Below, piece after piece: positions 22,020 through 36,134 of a DNA stretch of 64,000 nt (the first letter of the stretch is position 1; every line of letters starts with the position of its first letter). A program made the translations under genes and the position numbers. Under the pieces are notes generated by a model. The model did no database searches, was not told the DNA's origin, and was given only the letters and a program-made list of their open reading frames with translations. The stretch is from Adineta vaga (taxonomy: Eukaryota; Animalia; Rotifera): contig CP075497.1 in NCBI GenBank assembly GCA_021613535.1, forward strand, positions 9,052,001-9,116,000. Reading direction: 5' to 3'.

Positions 22020-24679
22020 CTATGTTCTTCCTGTCGAATCATTAGTCGATTGATATTTATCAAGATTTTGTAAATCTTTAATTGTTTCATCATATAATTT
22101 TCGTTTAGTAATCAAATCAGTTTGTCGACGTTCAATTTCAGGATCTTGTGCCATTAAATGATCAAGTTTTTCTAAACTTGTACTACTCAACATAGATGAT
22201 TGTAAATCCAGTTGAGAAAATTGTTTTCGTACAAGTTGATATTCGATACGTTGTGGAAACGTTAAAACAATTCGTTGACAAACGATATCTTGCATTGCTA
22301 AGATACGAATCTTATATTCGATTATTTCTTCATCTACTATATTATCATTTGTACCATTCGTAATTGGAAGTGATCTTGATATTGTTGTAGTATAATCTGA
22401 TGTCGAACGACTAACTAAAATAAATCGAAGAAATTAGTTGAATCAATGAGAAAAATAAAAATAAGATAGGATTAAAAACTGACCACTCTGATTTGTAGAG
22501 AGAGATTCAGGAATATCGGGTCGTGGAGCAGACCATCTATTCCAGACTAGACAGATAATCAAAAACATTTCGAGAAGAAAACATTAAATCTTCTTACATG
22601 ATGTATTACTACGATTAGTTGAAGAATTATTTGGTCGAGAGATTTTTACTGGTGGACTAAATTCATCATCAAAATCATCATCATTGTCTTCACTCAGTGT
22701 ACCATTTGTTCGTTTTAATGATGTTGTAATAGAATTAGTTGCAGAATTAGTTGTTGATGTAATAGGTAATCGAGCTGATTGTACAACTGTTGTTACTGTT
22801 GATGTATCATTTGAATTAGATTTATGAACTTTTTTTGTTTGTTTTAATGTTTCCTTATATAATGGATGATCTGCATAAACAAATGATTCTTCCATTTCAA
22901 GTATTAATTCTAATTCTCGTTGACATTCCGTTTTTAATTGTCGTTCAAGATTTTCATGCATTAAACGCATTTGAATCAATAGATTTGGTCGTGAACGAAA
23001 TACTTTCTCAATAACATTTGAAATCACATTATTTGTCCGTTCAAGCATACTGGATAAATATTGTTCCATTGGTGCACGAATAGATTTAATATAATTAATA
23101 CAAACAGTTTTTGTTACACGAAATAAAATATACTAAAATAGAAAGACAGAGAGAAATATCGAATATTTCAACAAATTATAAACTGATTGAATCTATAAGT
23201 GTCTGAAAACTTACATCTGATGGTTCAGGTCCTTGTGTAGAAATCATTGCTGATCGAATGAGTTGTAGAAGTTTATGATTTTGAAGTTTACAATTATGCA
23301 TATTGTGATAGAATTGTTGATTCAATTCATTTCGTTTAGCATATAATGGATTATTTACTTGTGCACCTTCTTCTACATTATGAATTTCTGTTCGAAATAA
23401 TTGCATAGCAGTAAATAATTTCTCAGTTAAATGTCTTGAACGTGCTTCACTAGTTAATAACAATTGTGTATAATCATCGACACCTAAATGACGAAATTGT
23501 TGTTCAACATTGTTGATTTTTGTACGTAAATCTGTAATTAATCGTGGTAAAGCTTGTTTAATATTTCGAACAAGTTCACGAGTAAGAAAACGAGCTAATG
23601 ATGAACAACCACGTCGTTCGATTGGTACAGAATGAAATTTTGGTGATTTAGAAAAGAATTGTTCTTCTTTACGAAGTGCATCGTCTAGGAAAAAAACGAT
23701 TTTCTTTTATCAATGAACAAATTCATTTAGTTTTCTATACTTAATTCAATATTATTATCGATATCTTCTTGTGAACGACATTTAACCATTAAATAACCAA
23801 GTTTTAGTGGAATACGTTTGTTTTCAAATACTTCTAATAGTTTCTGTTCAACTCCACGATCAACAAGGTCAAGTTTTGTCAAAACGCCAACTAAAAATTC
23901 ATATTCTTCAATCAAAATCAAATGAGATATATTTTTTTCTTACTTGTCCGTTCACCCTCTGGATCAGACATTTTCGCATATTTAATTGCTGCTGATGTTT
24001 CAATATCATTACAAGCTTGAATTATAGCAAGAATTATTGTCGATGGTCTATCCAAATAGTCTTGAATCAATTCTTCGATCATATTTACTGCTGTACTATC
24101 TTGTTGTTTTGATGTTACTTGAATGATTCCTGGTAGATCGATTAAAGTTAAATTTGGTAACCACGGTGCTTGAACATTAAGAACAAGAACTTGTTTCGAT
24201 ATTTGATCACGATCATGTGTCAGATAATTTTGTGCTTCATTTATATGACGACTAATTTCATGCGCATTTGGAATATTATCTCGTTTTGGACGACCAGGAC
24301 ATTCAAGACTAGCATGCCATGTACTTGAACGACGCATTCGAAGTTCTAATGGACATTTTGTTGTCATATGGTGTCCACCGCGAGGTAAAGGAATACTAGA
24401 AAGTGCTTCGAGAACACTACTTTTTCCTGAACTTTGTTCACCAATAACAACAATTGCTGGTAGATCAATTGTTGTGTCAATATCAGCAACACGATTTCGA
24501 ACTTAATATAGAAAAATGATTATTTCATTGTTGAATAGATATCTCATAAAAATCAATATACTTTGATCAATTGTTGTAAGTAAAGGTGCAATTTCTTCGT
24601 CATAACTCTCAAAAAGAGCTAGTGAAGGATGATCTACTCGAGCAGCAGAAGCAGTTGATAAACGATGACGAGTCGACAT
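22020..24679 (-). CDS. Mx-like dynamin-family GTPase
   Basis: Multi-exon; DLPAIVVIGEQSSGKSSVLEALS.IPLPRG (G1), TKCPLEL (G2), LTLIDLPG (G3), GVLTKLD (G4), VKCRSQ, C-terminal GED; no PH domain. Confidence 0.9.
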
Positions 24680-25267
24680 ATTTTCTTAATTGAATGGATG
24701 AACTGACTGGGAATTTCAAAAAGTATATATCTGGCAAATGATTCATTTCGTCTGTCTATCATCATCATCATTATATAGGTATTGGATGGATGATATAAAC
24801 TTCCATATGATGTCGCTATTTCGTGAAATATGATCACAATTTGTCTTTATCAAAACTGATTTATACACATGTCATTTTACTTTTAGTTAAAATTCTTTCC
24901 AAAAAATTTCGAATAGTATGGCTAATACTGATTCATTAATCAATTGGTTAATCAGTCGTAAAAGATCAATTTTATTAATTCGTTTCCGATATTCAAATGT
25001 TCAATCTTTTCGTATATTTTGTCAATCATATACAATTCGATTATCATTCTATTCACGCATACAAGAGTAATGATCTACTAAATTTCTATAATCATTTAAT
25101 TATATGCACAACGAACTCTTATTTTTGAATTATTGTCAATACAAAAGGAGAAAAAGAGAGAACGAGATAAGATAAACAAAGAAGAGAGAAAAAGTCGTGA
25201 AGAATTCTGCGAAAACAAAAATAATAAATCGAAAGTTATCGTTCAGAAAAGCATTTACATTGAAAGT

Positions 25268-28200
25268 TTAATCTTTGCTACTGATTAAGGTTGTTGCATG
25301 TAATATACCTTGATAAGCAATTCCATTGAGTTCAATGGAAAAATTAATTGATTTTTCATTTGATTGTTGTTCAAGGTTATGATCTAACAAAGAAAGAAAA
25401 GAAATCGAATGAAAAGATCGATAAATTCTACAATTTACCTTTGGAGAGAATCTTTAATTTACTCGCCTGTGATAATAGCGAAGGAGAATTTGTAGGTAAA
25501 GCAAATTTTTTCGTACTATCATCATTTGATTTTGATAGAAAACTTGGTGAAATACTTCGTTTTATTCCTGATGTGAAATGATGATGATGATGCTCATCAA
25601 ATGAAGGTATTCGTGGAGTTGATGATGATGATGTTGGTGATTCATTAATATCACGTGATGCTGATGATGACGACGAAGCTGCGGCTGCAGCTGCGAGAAA
25701 AAAAGGATGAGATAATGCAGCAGCCATTACAGCATGATTTGAATCCACTAGTGAACATCAAATAGAATGTCGAACAAATACTTGAAAATACATACATGGT
25801 CTATGAGCAAGTGGACTAGCAAGAAAAACATTTGTCGACATTGTTGTTGCCGGTGGAGGGGGTGGTGGTGGAGCCATTATCTGTGGAGGCGATGAATATT
25901 CAAATGCATATGATGGTCGGCGACCTTCACGTCGATTTCCTTCTAAAATAAGCAAATCAAATGTATTCATATCATCGATATGTATATATTATCTTTTACC
26001 AATAGCTGCTTGTAATTCACCCGGTGAACTTAATTGTAATTTCTCGCATTCAAATGGATATAAATATTTCATATATCTTAAGTAAAGACAACACGTCAAA
26101 ATAATAAAATATCCTATACATTCTTTTCTCATTCGCGATAAAGAAAATCTTCAGTAAAGAACAAATTGATTTCTCATCGTTTATGTTCAAGACATTGACA
26201 TATGATAAATGATAGACAACATATGCGAAAGAAACTAATCGACTTTGATTAGTCCAATACATTATATATGTCAACACTCGAATGAAAAGAGATTTATACA
26301 TACTGTGTACGTAGAGTGAATGCAGCACTAGTAATTGAACTTGGTAAATTAAGACCTTTCGTCACTTCACGCCATAACTTCTTGTTAATGACTTCAACCA
26401 ATCCACCTTTACCAACAACCAGACGAAATAATTCATCTTAATAAAACAAAAGGCAATTTTTTCCTTCTTCTTCAATCAAATAACTATTTTAGACTTACAT
26501 AAGTCGAGTACATGTTTAGCCATAATAGGTATTCGATTAACCGGAGTACCTTTTTATGATTAATAAAAGGTGAAATTTACTATAGCATGAATTTTCCTTA
26601 CCACGTTTTTGCATGAATGCAAATAGATCATCAAGAAATTCTTTACGTTTTGGTTCGTCAGATAATTCATAGAGCTAAAACACAAAGAACGACGTTTCTT
26701 CATTAGACTAATTTCTTATAAAACAAAAAGAAATCGATCGATCGATCGATAACTTCTCTTCATGATCAAATATATACAATAGAGATTTGTTTATTTATCT
26801 CTATTAAGAAGCAAGACGCGGAGTATCTCTACTATCCTTTCTCTCTGTTTCTGTTCAAATTTGTAATTATGATCGATTTGTTTTCTGCTCAATTTGATTT
26901 TCTTCTTGATAAGAATTCAATGAAGTTTATCAAATTAATATTCTTTCGAATGAACTCTTCCAAACGTATTTCACATATTGGATAAGTAAGAGAAAAATAT
27001 CAATATCTTTAAGCGGATTTTCTCTTGTTTGATAATCATCGACAGCAGCTGGAAAATCTCTTTTGTTTTTTTTAAGTGAAATCGAATAGTCCATAAAAAG
27101 AAATCTTTGTCTTTAAGTTGCTCATTTATTTTCTCGTCAACCATCTGCCTCGAAACAATGCAATTAGTAGCAAATAATCGATATTGCCTCGAGCTGTGCT
27201 ATTCCTTTGCGACATTCTCTAGACATATCTTTTGATGATCAGACATTTTCCTTCGGATCAAAAAATGGAAACATACTAATTGTTGATTCATCTTATGTGT
27301 GTGTGTGTGTGTGTGTACGTATGGATATATACATACGGCAAAACACATCAATAATCGAAAGATTCTTCACATATTTATAAATGAGCAAACTAATGTGCCT
27401 TTTGTTTCCTACGAAGGGCAATTAGTTGATCTATAATGTAAACGATAAATTGATCATCAGACAAAAAAAGAAAAGAAACTGACTGGCCTTAATCGAAAGA
27501 AAATTAGTCCAAAAGAATATTGAGAATATAAACGAAATAACAGCTGTGTGATTATAAATATTTTTTTCTTAATAGAAAAACTCGACAAAAGTTCGTCGTT
27601 ATCTTGTATAAACTTAATCGAGAATATCAACAGAAATGTCAGTCAAATGAGATTGATCACAATATATCTGATTGGAGCTAAGCAAGATGAAAACAACAGA
27701 TCTATTCGATGTTTTTTGTCTTCCTTGTCTAACCTTCAACTAGATAATTATTTTTCGATCTAATCAACTGAAATGATGTTTAGATTATTGAACTATCAAC
27801 AAAAGATAAAAATAGTCTTTTCTCATTTGATATGAATGCTGAAAAAGGATTTTAAATAATCATTCTTTTCTTTCTATATTTCTCTTTTAATTATCTGATA
27901 AATAAATAATAAGCAATATGTGTAGAGATACTCTCTTCATACAGATGGTCAATGTTCTCTTCATTTTTATAATATCACTAGTATTATTCAGATTATTTCT
28001 TTTCTTGTCAGAGTATTGTTTCCGATGTAGTACTCTTCTATCTAATAAAAAAAACTATTATACAATAGAGAGAATATATATATGCTTTTGATTCCTATCT
28101 TTTTTTCCTTTTCTTCTCTCTTTCTCTCTCTTAATCTGTATGTCTTCAATAATAGATAAGTGCTACTATGAAAAATCACATAGATGAATGAGTCTTTGTT

Positions 28201-29316
28201 ACATCTCTTGTGGCAGATCATCTCTCTATATATGTGTATATATACCAAACATTTCAATTAATTATTGCCTCAAAGCTATCAACATCCGTGCATTCTACAA
28301 AGAAAAGAGCGAGTAATGCACATATTCTAAATGATGTGCAAACAGAAAGAAAAGATAGATCTGAATCGAGATAGAAACAGTCTGACTGAACCTAATTGAT
28401 TTCTACTCAATCAAATATCAGATAATAAATATCAATTTACCTGACGAAATTGCTCTTCAAAGGTCCTAAAAGAAAAAAACAAACGAATGAATAATGATTT
28501 CTTTATTTTCAACAAAATCATATATATTGACGTTTACCATTCTGTTGTACTGCCCGAATTCGATTGATTACCACTATCATCTGAACCAGGTGATCTTGGT
28601 GGTTGTTGTTGTTGCTGTTGTTGTTGATCAGATGATGATTGAGTTTGTGGAGCAAGATTTGGTGTTGGCGAAAGCATAGCAGATGTTGCTGGATTTATCC
28701 ATGGATATGAATGAAAATTGAAAGAACTCCGTTGTTGTTGTTGCTGTTGTTGAAAGAGAGCAGCTGCTAAAAATCGATCCCGTTCTTCTTTTGATAAATG
28801 ATGAAATAATTGTTGTTGAATTTGAAATTGATTTAAAGGAGAATTTTCTTCATTATGATTATTATTATTTGAATTTAATTGTGTAAATAAACGTTCTCGA
28901 TCTTCTGGTTTTATTGCAAATGATTGACTATAGAGTAGGAAATTTCGTTGTGCTAACCAACGATCTTCATAATCTTTGAATTCTTTAGCAAAATGTTCAC
29001 GTTGATGTAAATAATCATTTGTTGATACTGAACGATTTATTACCGATGAAGATTCATTATTTTCATCGCCTGTCTTATTCTCATGTTCTGATTTGTTAGG
29101 ACTAGGCGACCGAACTTTCTTGTCATGTACACTAACATCAGAGAAGCAATCATCATCACCTTCATCATCATTGTTTGTTGATGATCTTGGCGAGGAATCT
29201 GTTTGACCATTGGTATTCTATTGAAAATACATGTCGAATCAATAAATGATGAAAAATATTGTATAACATACTTTTAAATGAGAAAATTCATTGGTTTCAG
29301 CATGTAAAATTTCCAT
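25268..29316 (-). CDS. ARID3: ARID3/dead ringer (retained) transcription factor
   Basis: TFEEQFRQLYELSDEPKRKEFLDDLFAFMQKRGTPVNRIPIMAK.VLDL, GGLVEVINKKLWREVTKGLNLPSSITSAAFTLRTQYMKYLYPFEC, GNRREGRR, REKLES-like end INFSIELNGIAYQGIL; large intron ~26675-28441. Confidence 0.93.
27295..27316. repeat. (TG)n microsatellite
   Basis: tgtgtgtgtgtgtgtgtgtgt in ARID3 intron. Confidence 0.9.
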
Positions 29317-30338
29317 AACAAATTCTTCGCTAGTTATATTGAGTATATGACTAATGTCTAAAAAATTAAATAAAGAAAAAATTTACAAGTCATAGAACAA
29401 ATAGATTCCCATTCTCGCATATATGATTAAAAAAGTGGATTGCTCTTGTGTTCTCATTTTTTAATGTGTATGTCTCTACTTTTCTCTCTCTCTCTCTCTT
29501 GCTTGCTTGCTCGCTCTCTTTTTTTTCCTTTTCTTAACGAATCCAAAATGAGATAGAATCAAATATATACATAGACACACATGCTACTAATATCATGAAA
29601 CAGTTTATATTAAAAACAAAATTAATCTCCTTCGTCTTTTTCTATCTTTCTTCAGATATTCTCGATTACGATTCGTCCAAATCATTGATAAAACAAGCCA
29701 TCCGATTTGCTGAATTCTCTCTTCTATTCTTTGCCTATTAAAGAGCAAGTAAAAGAGGAGAAGAAGAAGAAGAAGAGAAAAAAATAAATGATAGGGAGGG
29801 AAAGAATAGAAAGATTAACGTTGACGTCGAGTTGTTAATGTCGATTATACAGGCACGGTATGGCTAGCGCGATGATGAGCATGATGTGATATGAAATGAA
29901 TGTAAATGATAATAGCATAGCAAAGAAAAAGACATAGCAAGGCAAGACAAAAAATCATCATTATCATTATCATGCAACAACAAACAGACAGAACAGAATA
30001 CTTCATATATGCCTATCTTATACGAAGATTGGTGCAATCAAATCTCGTTTTGTATGTCATATAATAGCTTGCATTGGGTATGTATGATAGAAAAACTATT
30101 GTCGACATTGTCATTATAAATTATTCTGATGTTTATGTATAGATAGATATTATTGCTTGTATTTAACAGAGAAAGAAAGATAGAGAGAACATCAATTGAG
30201 TAGATAAAATTATATGTTAGTTTTTTTTTCTTCTTCTGTTACTATCTACGTCAAATAAGTAATCAGCCCGCCTTTAGATTAGTAAATTTTTCTCATGATA
30301 ATAATAAGCAAAGAAAAAGATTTGTTTCAATCAATTCA

Positions 30339-31708
30339 ATGCGTTTAAAATCTCATTATCATCAACTAACGGAATTACTTTCTTCAAAATCAGATAAACA
30401 TCGATCAGCTCAAGGCGATCATGTTCATAATCATCAAGAAACAATTCCACAAACAATTAAAAATCAATGGTCTATACAATTACCTTTAAGTTCAGGCTCA
30501 TTTGGATCTATCTATCGAGGAAAGAATCTGATAACGAATGAAAAAGTCGCAATTAAATTCGAAGCAAAAACTTCTCCTTATCCACAATTATCGAAAGAAA
30601 GTCAAATCTATCGTTCGATCGAAGGAACCGGTATGCCGAAAATGTATTGGTAAGATGAATTCAATTGAATAAAAGAGAAAACAAAATGAGAAATATATGT
30701 GATCAAGGTATGGATCAGTAGATGAAAATTATCATGCAATGGTTTTAGAAATGCTCGGACCAAGTATTGAAGATTTATATAATTATTGTCATCGAAAATT
30801 TACAATAAAAACTGTTCTTCTACTTGGTGAACAAATGCTTGAAAGAATCTGTCATATACATCAACGATCTATAATACATCGAGAGTGAGTTTCTTTCTCA
30901 TCAAAGGAAAAAAAGAAGGAATTCCACATTTTCTTTCTATATATATATTAATAAAATGAAAAGTAATTTCTATGTTGAATAAATTATGACAATGAACAAA
31001 TGAAATAGTCATATTTCAATGTATGTAGACATAGTACTTTGTATGATATTTTTTATTAGAAATCAAGTTAAATACAATAGTACTCTAGTTAATTGACTAT
31101 GCTTGATAAACAAATTAATAAGATAAAAGAAAAATCATCTTTCGAAATGAATTTGTTTAATAATCGGTAATTTTCATTCTAGTATAAAACCAGATAATTT
31201 CACTATGGGTATCCATTTCAAATGTCAAAATGTATATTTAATTGATTTTGGTTTATCAAAATATTATCTCGATAGAAGAACTCGTCAACATATGGAATAT
31301 AATGATAATAAACATTTTGTTGGTACAATACGTTATGCAAGTCTTCGTACTCATGCTGGCATTGAACAATCACGTCGTGATGATTTAGAATCTCTGGCAT
31401 ATACTTTAATTTATTTAGCACGTACGAACAAATGTTTACCATGGCAAGGTATAAAGTGTGAAAATAAAAAAACTAAACAAGAAAAGGTCTATGAAATCAA
31501 ACTTCATACACATATTGAGATTTTATGTGAAAATTTACCAAAAGAATTTCAAGAATTTGTAATTTATACACGACAACTTGGTTTTGCTGAAGAACCCAAT
31601 TATGTTTACTTATGTTCATTATTCAAACAAATTTATCCAACAATGAATATTAAAAATGATTTTATCTATGACTGGATTCGAAATAAAACGACAGAAAGAG
31701 TGTTGTAA
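30339..31708 (+). CDS. Casein kinase 1 family kinase
   Basis: 3 exons; GSFGSIY, VAIKFE, LGPSIEDL, KFTIKTVLLL, HRDIKPDNF, IDFGLSK, GTIRYAS..H.GIEQSRRDDLES, LPWQG. Confidence 0.95.
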
Positions 31709-32222
31709 TCAATGAAATGTCTTTTTCTTTATGATGACATTTGAATAATTCATCAGCAAGAAAATGACAACTATTTAGTTTAAGTCATATAATAAATGTT
31801 TATTTTTAGTATTTATTGAATTGCAGTAGAAATTTATGTGACAAACATGACTTTTTCTTATGTCATGTCTACAAATACAAATAAACTTTTTTTTGGGTTA
31901 TCGACTAATCGAAAAATTTTAATTGTTTAGATTCTTCGATAATCTATTAGTACCTAATAAATTCTATTATTATGCGATGATTTTCTATGCATATTTTGTA
32001 TTGTAAAACTAAGATAATCATATTAATCTTTTGATCTTATTTTCATAAATAACAAGAAGGAGAAGAAGAAGCAGAGAAAAAGTAGAGCATCTGATCATCA
32101 ATATTCTTTAGAAACAACATAAGAATCATAGAAAAAAAAACATAATTATGAAATTGAAAGACAGAAAAGAAAAATAATACATATAATCTATCGACTAGAT
32201 TTTGATTTTAAATAGATTTTTC

Positions 32223-34676
32223 CTATCCAATAACATTTGTTTCAATTAGAATAGCCAGAACTAAGAAGACAATGTAAAAGATGATTAATATAGCACCGAA
32301 TCGACGACTATAATAGAATTTATTCAATGGTATGAATAAAAGTGTACCAGCTAAACTTCCAAATAGAAAATATGCAATAATATTCTGTAATAAAGATTTA
32401 TCAATCTAGAAAACAAAAACATATATCATCTTCATTGCTTTCTAATCTATGAATACATACAACAAATGGTTGACCGGTTTTTAATGTAACATATGTAAAT
32501 GGAATACCAAGACCCATAAGAAAATCTAAAAGAAAACAAAATTAAAATTTGTTGCCGACTGTTAGTCCATGAATATCATCGGATATAGTCATCGGTGGAG
32601 AGTCGAACTGGTATTAATTTTGCGAAATATTAGAAGTTGCTACAGCAAATCGAAGCATATTGAGCAACTGAGAGCTACATATATTTCGCATTTGTAGATT
32701 CGAACAAATTTTCTTTCTGTCTTAGACAATTCGATCATTACTTACTCAAAAGTGGTCCACCATAACAAGCTGATATACCCATATTTGGATAGCCTTGTCG
32801 AGCAGATACAACGTTAGAAACATAATCTATATAAAATACAATCAGAAAAATGAAGAAAATAAATTTTTCATCAAAATTCTTACCACTTAAACTATTTCCC
32901 CAAGCAAGAAAAGTTAAACCAAGAATTGTATTACTAATATCAAAGACAATACCAAAAGTTGTCAATAAATTAACAATTTCATTTGCAACTGAATAGATCC
33001 AAACAACAGATACAGCAAAACCGAGAAAGGCAAAGCCCTAAATTAATAAGAAAGATAAAAATAACTTTTTCATGTAGACATAAGAGAAAAATTTCTTTAC
33101 CGAATGATATCTTGGTTTTGAATGATGTTCAGTCATGATTAACATTGCAAAGCAGAGTATTGTTCCAACAATAGCGACAATAGCCCATATCGGAAAAACA
33201 TTAGCGATTTTAATAAATCCGACTATAATGAATAAAATAAAATAAAATAAAATAAAATAAAATAAAATCTTCTTCTTCTTCTTTTCTATTTCATCAGAAT
33301 ACACATACCTTGTGTTAAAAATGATACAATTAATGGACCCGAAAGAAGATGAAATGAATTCAAAAGTTTATTCCAATTATTTTCTGGTTTATCATAATCA
33401 ACCAATGGAACAGTAAAATGAAGAATTAAAGACACTGGCATCTACAAACAATTCCTTTTTTCAATATACAATCGACTTTCTTTTCTCATCTCACTTACTT
33501 TGACTATCGATAGAATTTTACCAATTATGCCTCTTTCAGCCCATGGAACATCATCTCGTGGTAAAAATGCATGACGAAGATATAATGCTAATGAAACATC
33601 AGGTTGTACATAACTTTCATCGGGAATATTACTTTCCATATCATCAACGGATACAGCTGCTGTTGTTTCTGGTGTTTGAATTGATCCATAAGTTTTTGCA
33701 GCTGCTTCTGTATGTGCAGCTTGTATCAATGCTCGACGATCTTTTATTCGTCGATTAACAAAATATCCACCAATTAGAACAACCAAATAGACAACGTACA
33801 TGATTATAAAACCTAAACTTTCGGCAAAATAAATCTTTCCATCATACATTGCGACGTAAGCAGCAAATGAAGCAATGATAAAAAATATTATATCTCGTAA
33901 TAAGGGTCGTTGAATAGAACGAAATGGTGTAACGAGACATATTGTACCAGCAACAATTGTAGTAACAAATACACCCGCACCTTAGAAAGGAAAAAACAAT
34001 TTTATTATTACGAGAATATCGAAGACAAAATCTTTTAATTACCAAAAAGTGCACCAAATGCTAAACCAACATCACCACCTTTAGCACTACCAACAGCTGC
34101 TATAGCAGAGAAAATATCTGGTGCACCATTACCGAAAGCAAGAAATGTAACACCCTATCCGACAAAAAAACAACAAACCTAGATCTTTTCTTGTTGATTT
34201 TATAATGTTAATAATCAACTAACCGCAATGTTTTCTGATAATTTAAGAACTCGAGCGATAACACGAAGAGCAGGACAAAAACTATGAATTCCAATGAAAT
34301 TAATTCTCAAGTAAATTTTTATATTTTCTAATAGAAATTCTTACTAAGAATCAGCAGTGACACCAAGTCCAACAAATAGAACAAATAACCAACCGGCCTG
34401 AAAATACGATCTCATCTTCATTTCAAATAAATAGTTTTCATACTTACTAATAATGTTAGACCAAGACCAATTAATTTATCGCCAATAACACAAAATAAGA
34501 ATTGAAGATAATTTATAAATCCGTCTTCTAATTTACAATCGTCTGTTGTACGAATAAATGTACAAGTATCATTATGATAATCTCGATAGTCTCGACACTA
34601 GATGAAAATTTCGACAAAAACAGAGAATACAATATTTTCAAAAATCAATTTCATTTACCTCGACAGCCTTGGCCAT
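32223..34676 (-). CDS. SLC8B1: Na/Li/Ca exchanger NCLX (SLC8B1/NCKX6-like)
   Basis: Multi-exon; alpha1 GVTFLAFGNGAPDIFS, GAGVFVTTIVAG, RDIIF; alpha2 LGLTFLAWGNSLSDYVSN..SARQGYPNMGISACYGGPLL; start codon uncertain. Confidence 0.9.
32547..32690 (-). ncRNA. Intronic box H/ACA snoRNA (SNORA4/snR83-like specificity)
   Basis: In a ~220 nt NCLX intron: hairpin 1 closed by perfect 10 bp stem TGCGAAATAT/ATATTTCGCA, H box AAATTA, hairpin 2 (TCGACT/AGTCGG), ACA+3 nt; pocket CTCCAC/ACTAA complementary to conserved 18S UUAGU-UG-GUGGAG, 14 nt from ACA. Confidence 0.8.
33231..33267. repeat. (AAAAT)n pentanucleotide microsatellite
   Basis: ~7 copies in an NCLX intron. Confidence 0.9.
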
Positions 34677-36134
34677 TATTTAGATCTCTAATGTCTAAAA
34701 ATAAAAATCTTCTTCTGAATACATCAGTTTAACCTGTACTGAAGTTTTACCGTTCGATTTAAACCAAAAGAAAGTATATGATAACACAGAAGAAAAGTTT
34801 CTTGTATGAAAAGTTCGAATGAAATTCAACAGATAAGGTAAATATAGCAAGGTATTTCACATTTGACAAACAAATGTTATGACTAAGTTTATTTAGAAGA
34901 TAACTGAAATGAAATGAAAAGGAAAGGATTTTAGAACAAAGCACGCGCAACAACTCACGATTGATAAAAATTGGACAGGCACATGAATAAAAGGTTTATC
35001 AAATAACTGTCCTATGTGATAGATGTCGTTCAAAGATGATTGATCAGAAGTTGTTTTAAAATGCACGCAAAATAGAGTAGAATCTTGGTGAATTTTTTTT
35101 TTTGCTTTAACAAAATAATCAGAGGAAATTAAAAATAGATTCTTTGAACAAAACAATTAAATGTATTTAATATCAGAACAGAGGGCTATCTTAAAATAGA
35201 TGACATCATCGTATTCATAATGTCTATTAAACAAAATGAACAGAATTATTTAAGAAACTAACGTGAGTGTAGATCTACAAAAGTAATTATAACCTATTTT
35301 TATCTCCTAACTAATAATCAAAACTTAAAGAGAATATTACTTCCGTTTTATGAACGATTTCATTTCATATTATCAAAGTATAAAAGAATTTAATCTGAAA
35401 TGATCCATACTATGATATTAATAGAATACTCATAGATCTCCTTGCAATGTCAAGGATATTTTATCCTATACATTTCCTTTTTAATTATTGAAATATTTCA
35501 TTGATAAATAAACAGAGAGAATTTCTCTTTCCTCATTTAACTTTAGACATCTTGGTTCCGGTCATGACATTTATGATTTGGACCTCTCTTCAATCTACTG
35601 TTTTTCATTATTACTCAATTATTTTATTCTTTACTTGCAGATTTGTTATGTCAAATAATGGAGAGAGTCCTTCAGAGGAAATAATTATTTTACATATCAC
35701 ATCATAGGATACTTTGTATGATGTTAATTGCATTTTCATGTCTTTAGACGAGATATTTAATAGATGACTCAAGAGAATTAGTTCAAGAGTAAAGTGCACT
35801 TAATGAATAACAGAAGAAGAGCATATAATCAATCAATGAACAATTCTTTCTTTATTTCTTTTTTTTTGTCTCAAACAATTTAAAAAATGCTTCTATAAAG
35901 ATTTATTTCTATGTCAGTTGTATTTATCAATAAAGAAATTTGAGAATAAAACTATTATTTAATTAAGAATTAAAGGAATGTGAATCATCAAGATACAAAT
36001 ACACAAGACAAAAGGCAAATGAAAAAGACGCTACTTTATTCGTAAATGAATGATTGTCATTAACATATTGTTCATCTGAAGGAAGAGACAGAGATACATA
36101 AAAGAAATCAAAACGAAAAAAAATACACTAATCT

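Noticed and set aside
30885-31182. Two hairpins in the CK1 intron
   Set aside because: No correctly placed H or ACA boxes; very AT-rich pairing expected by chance
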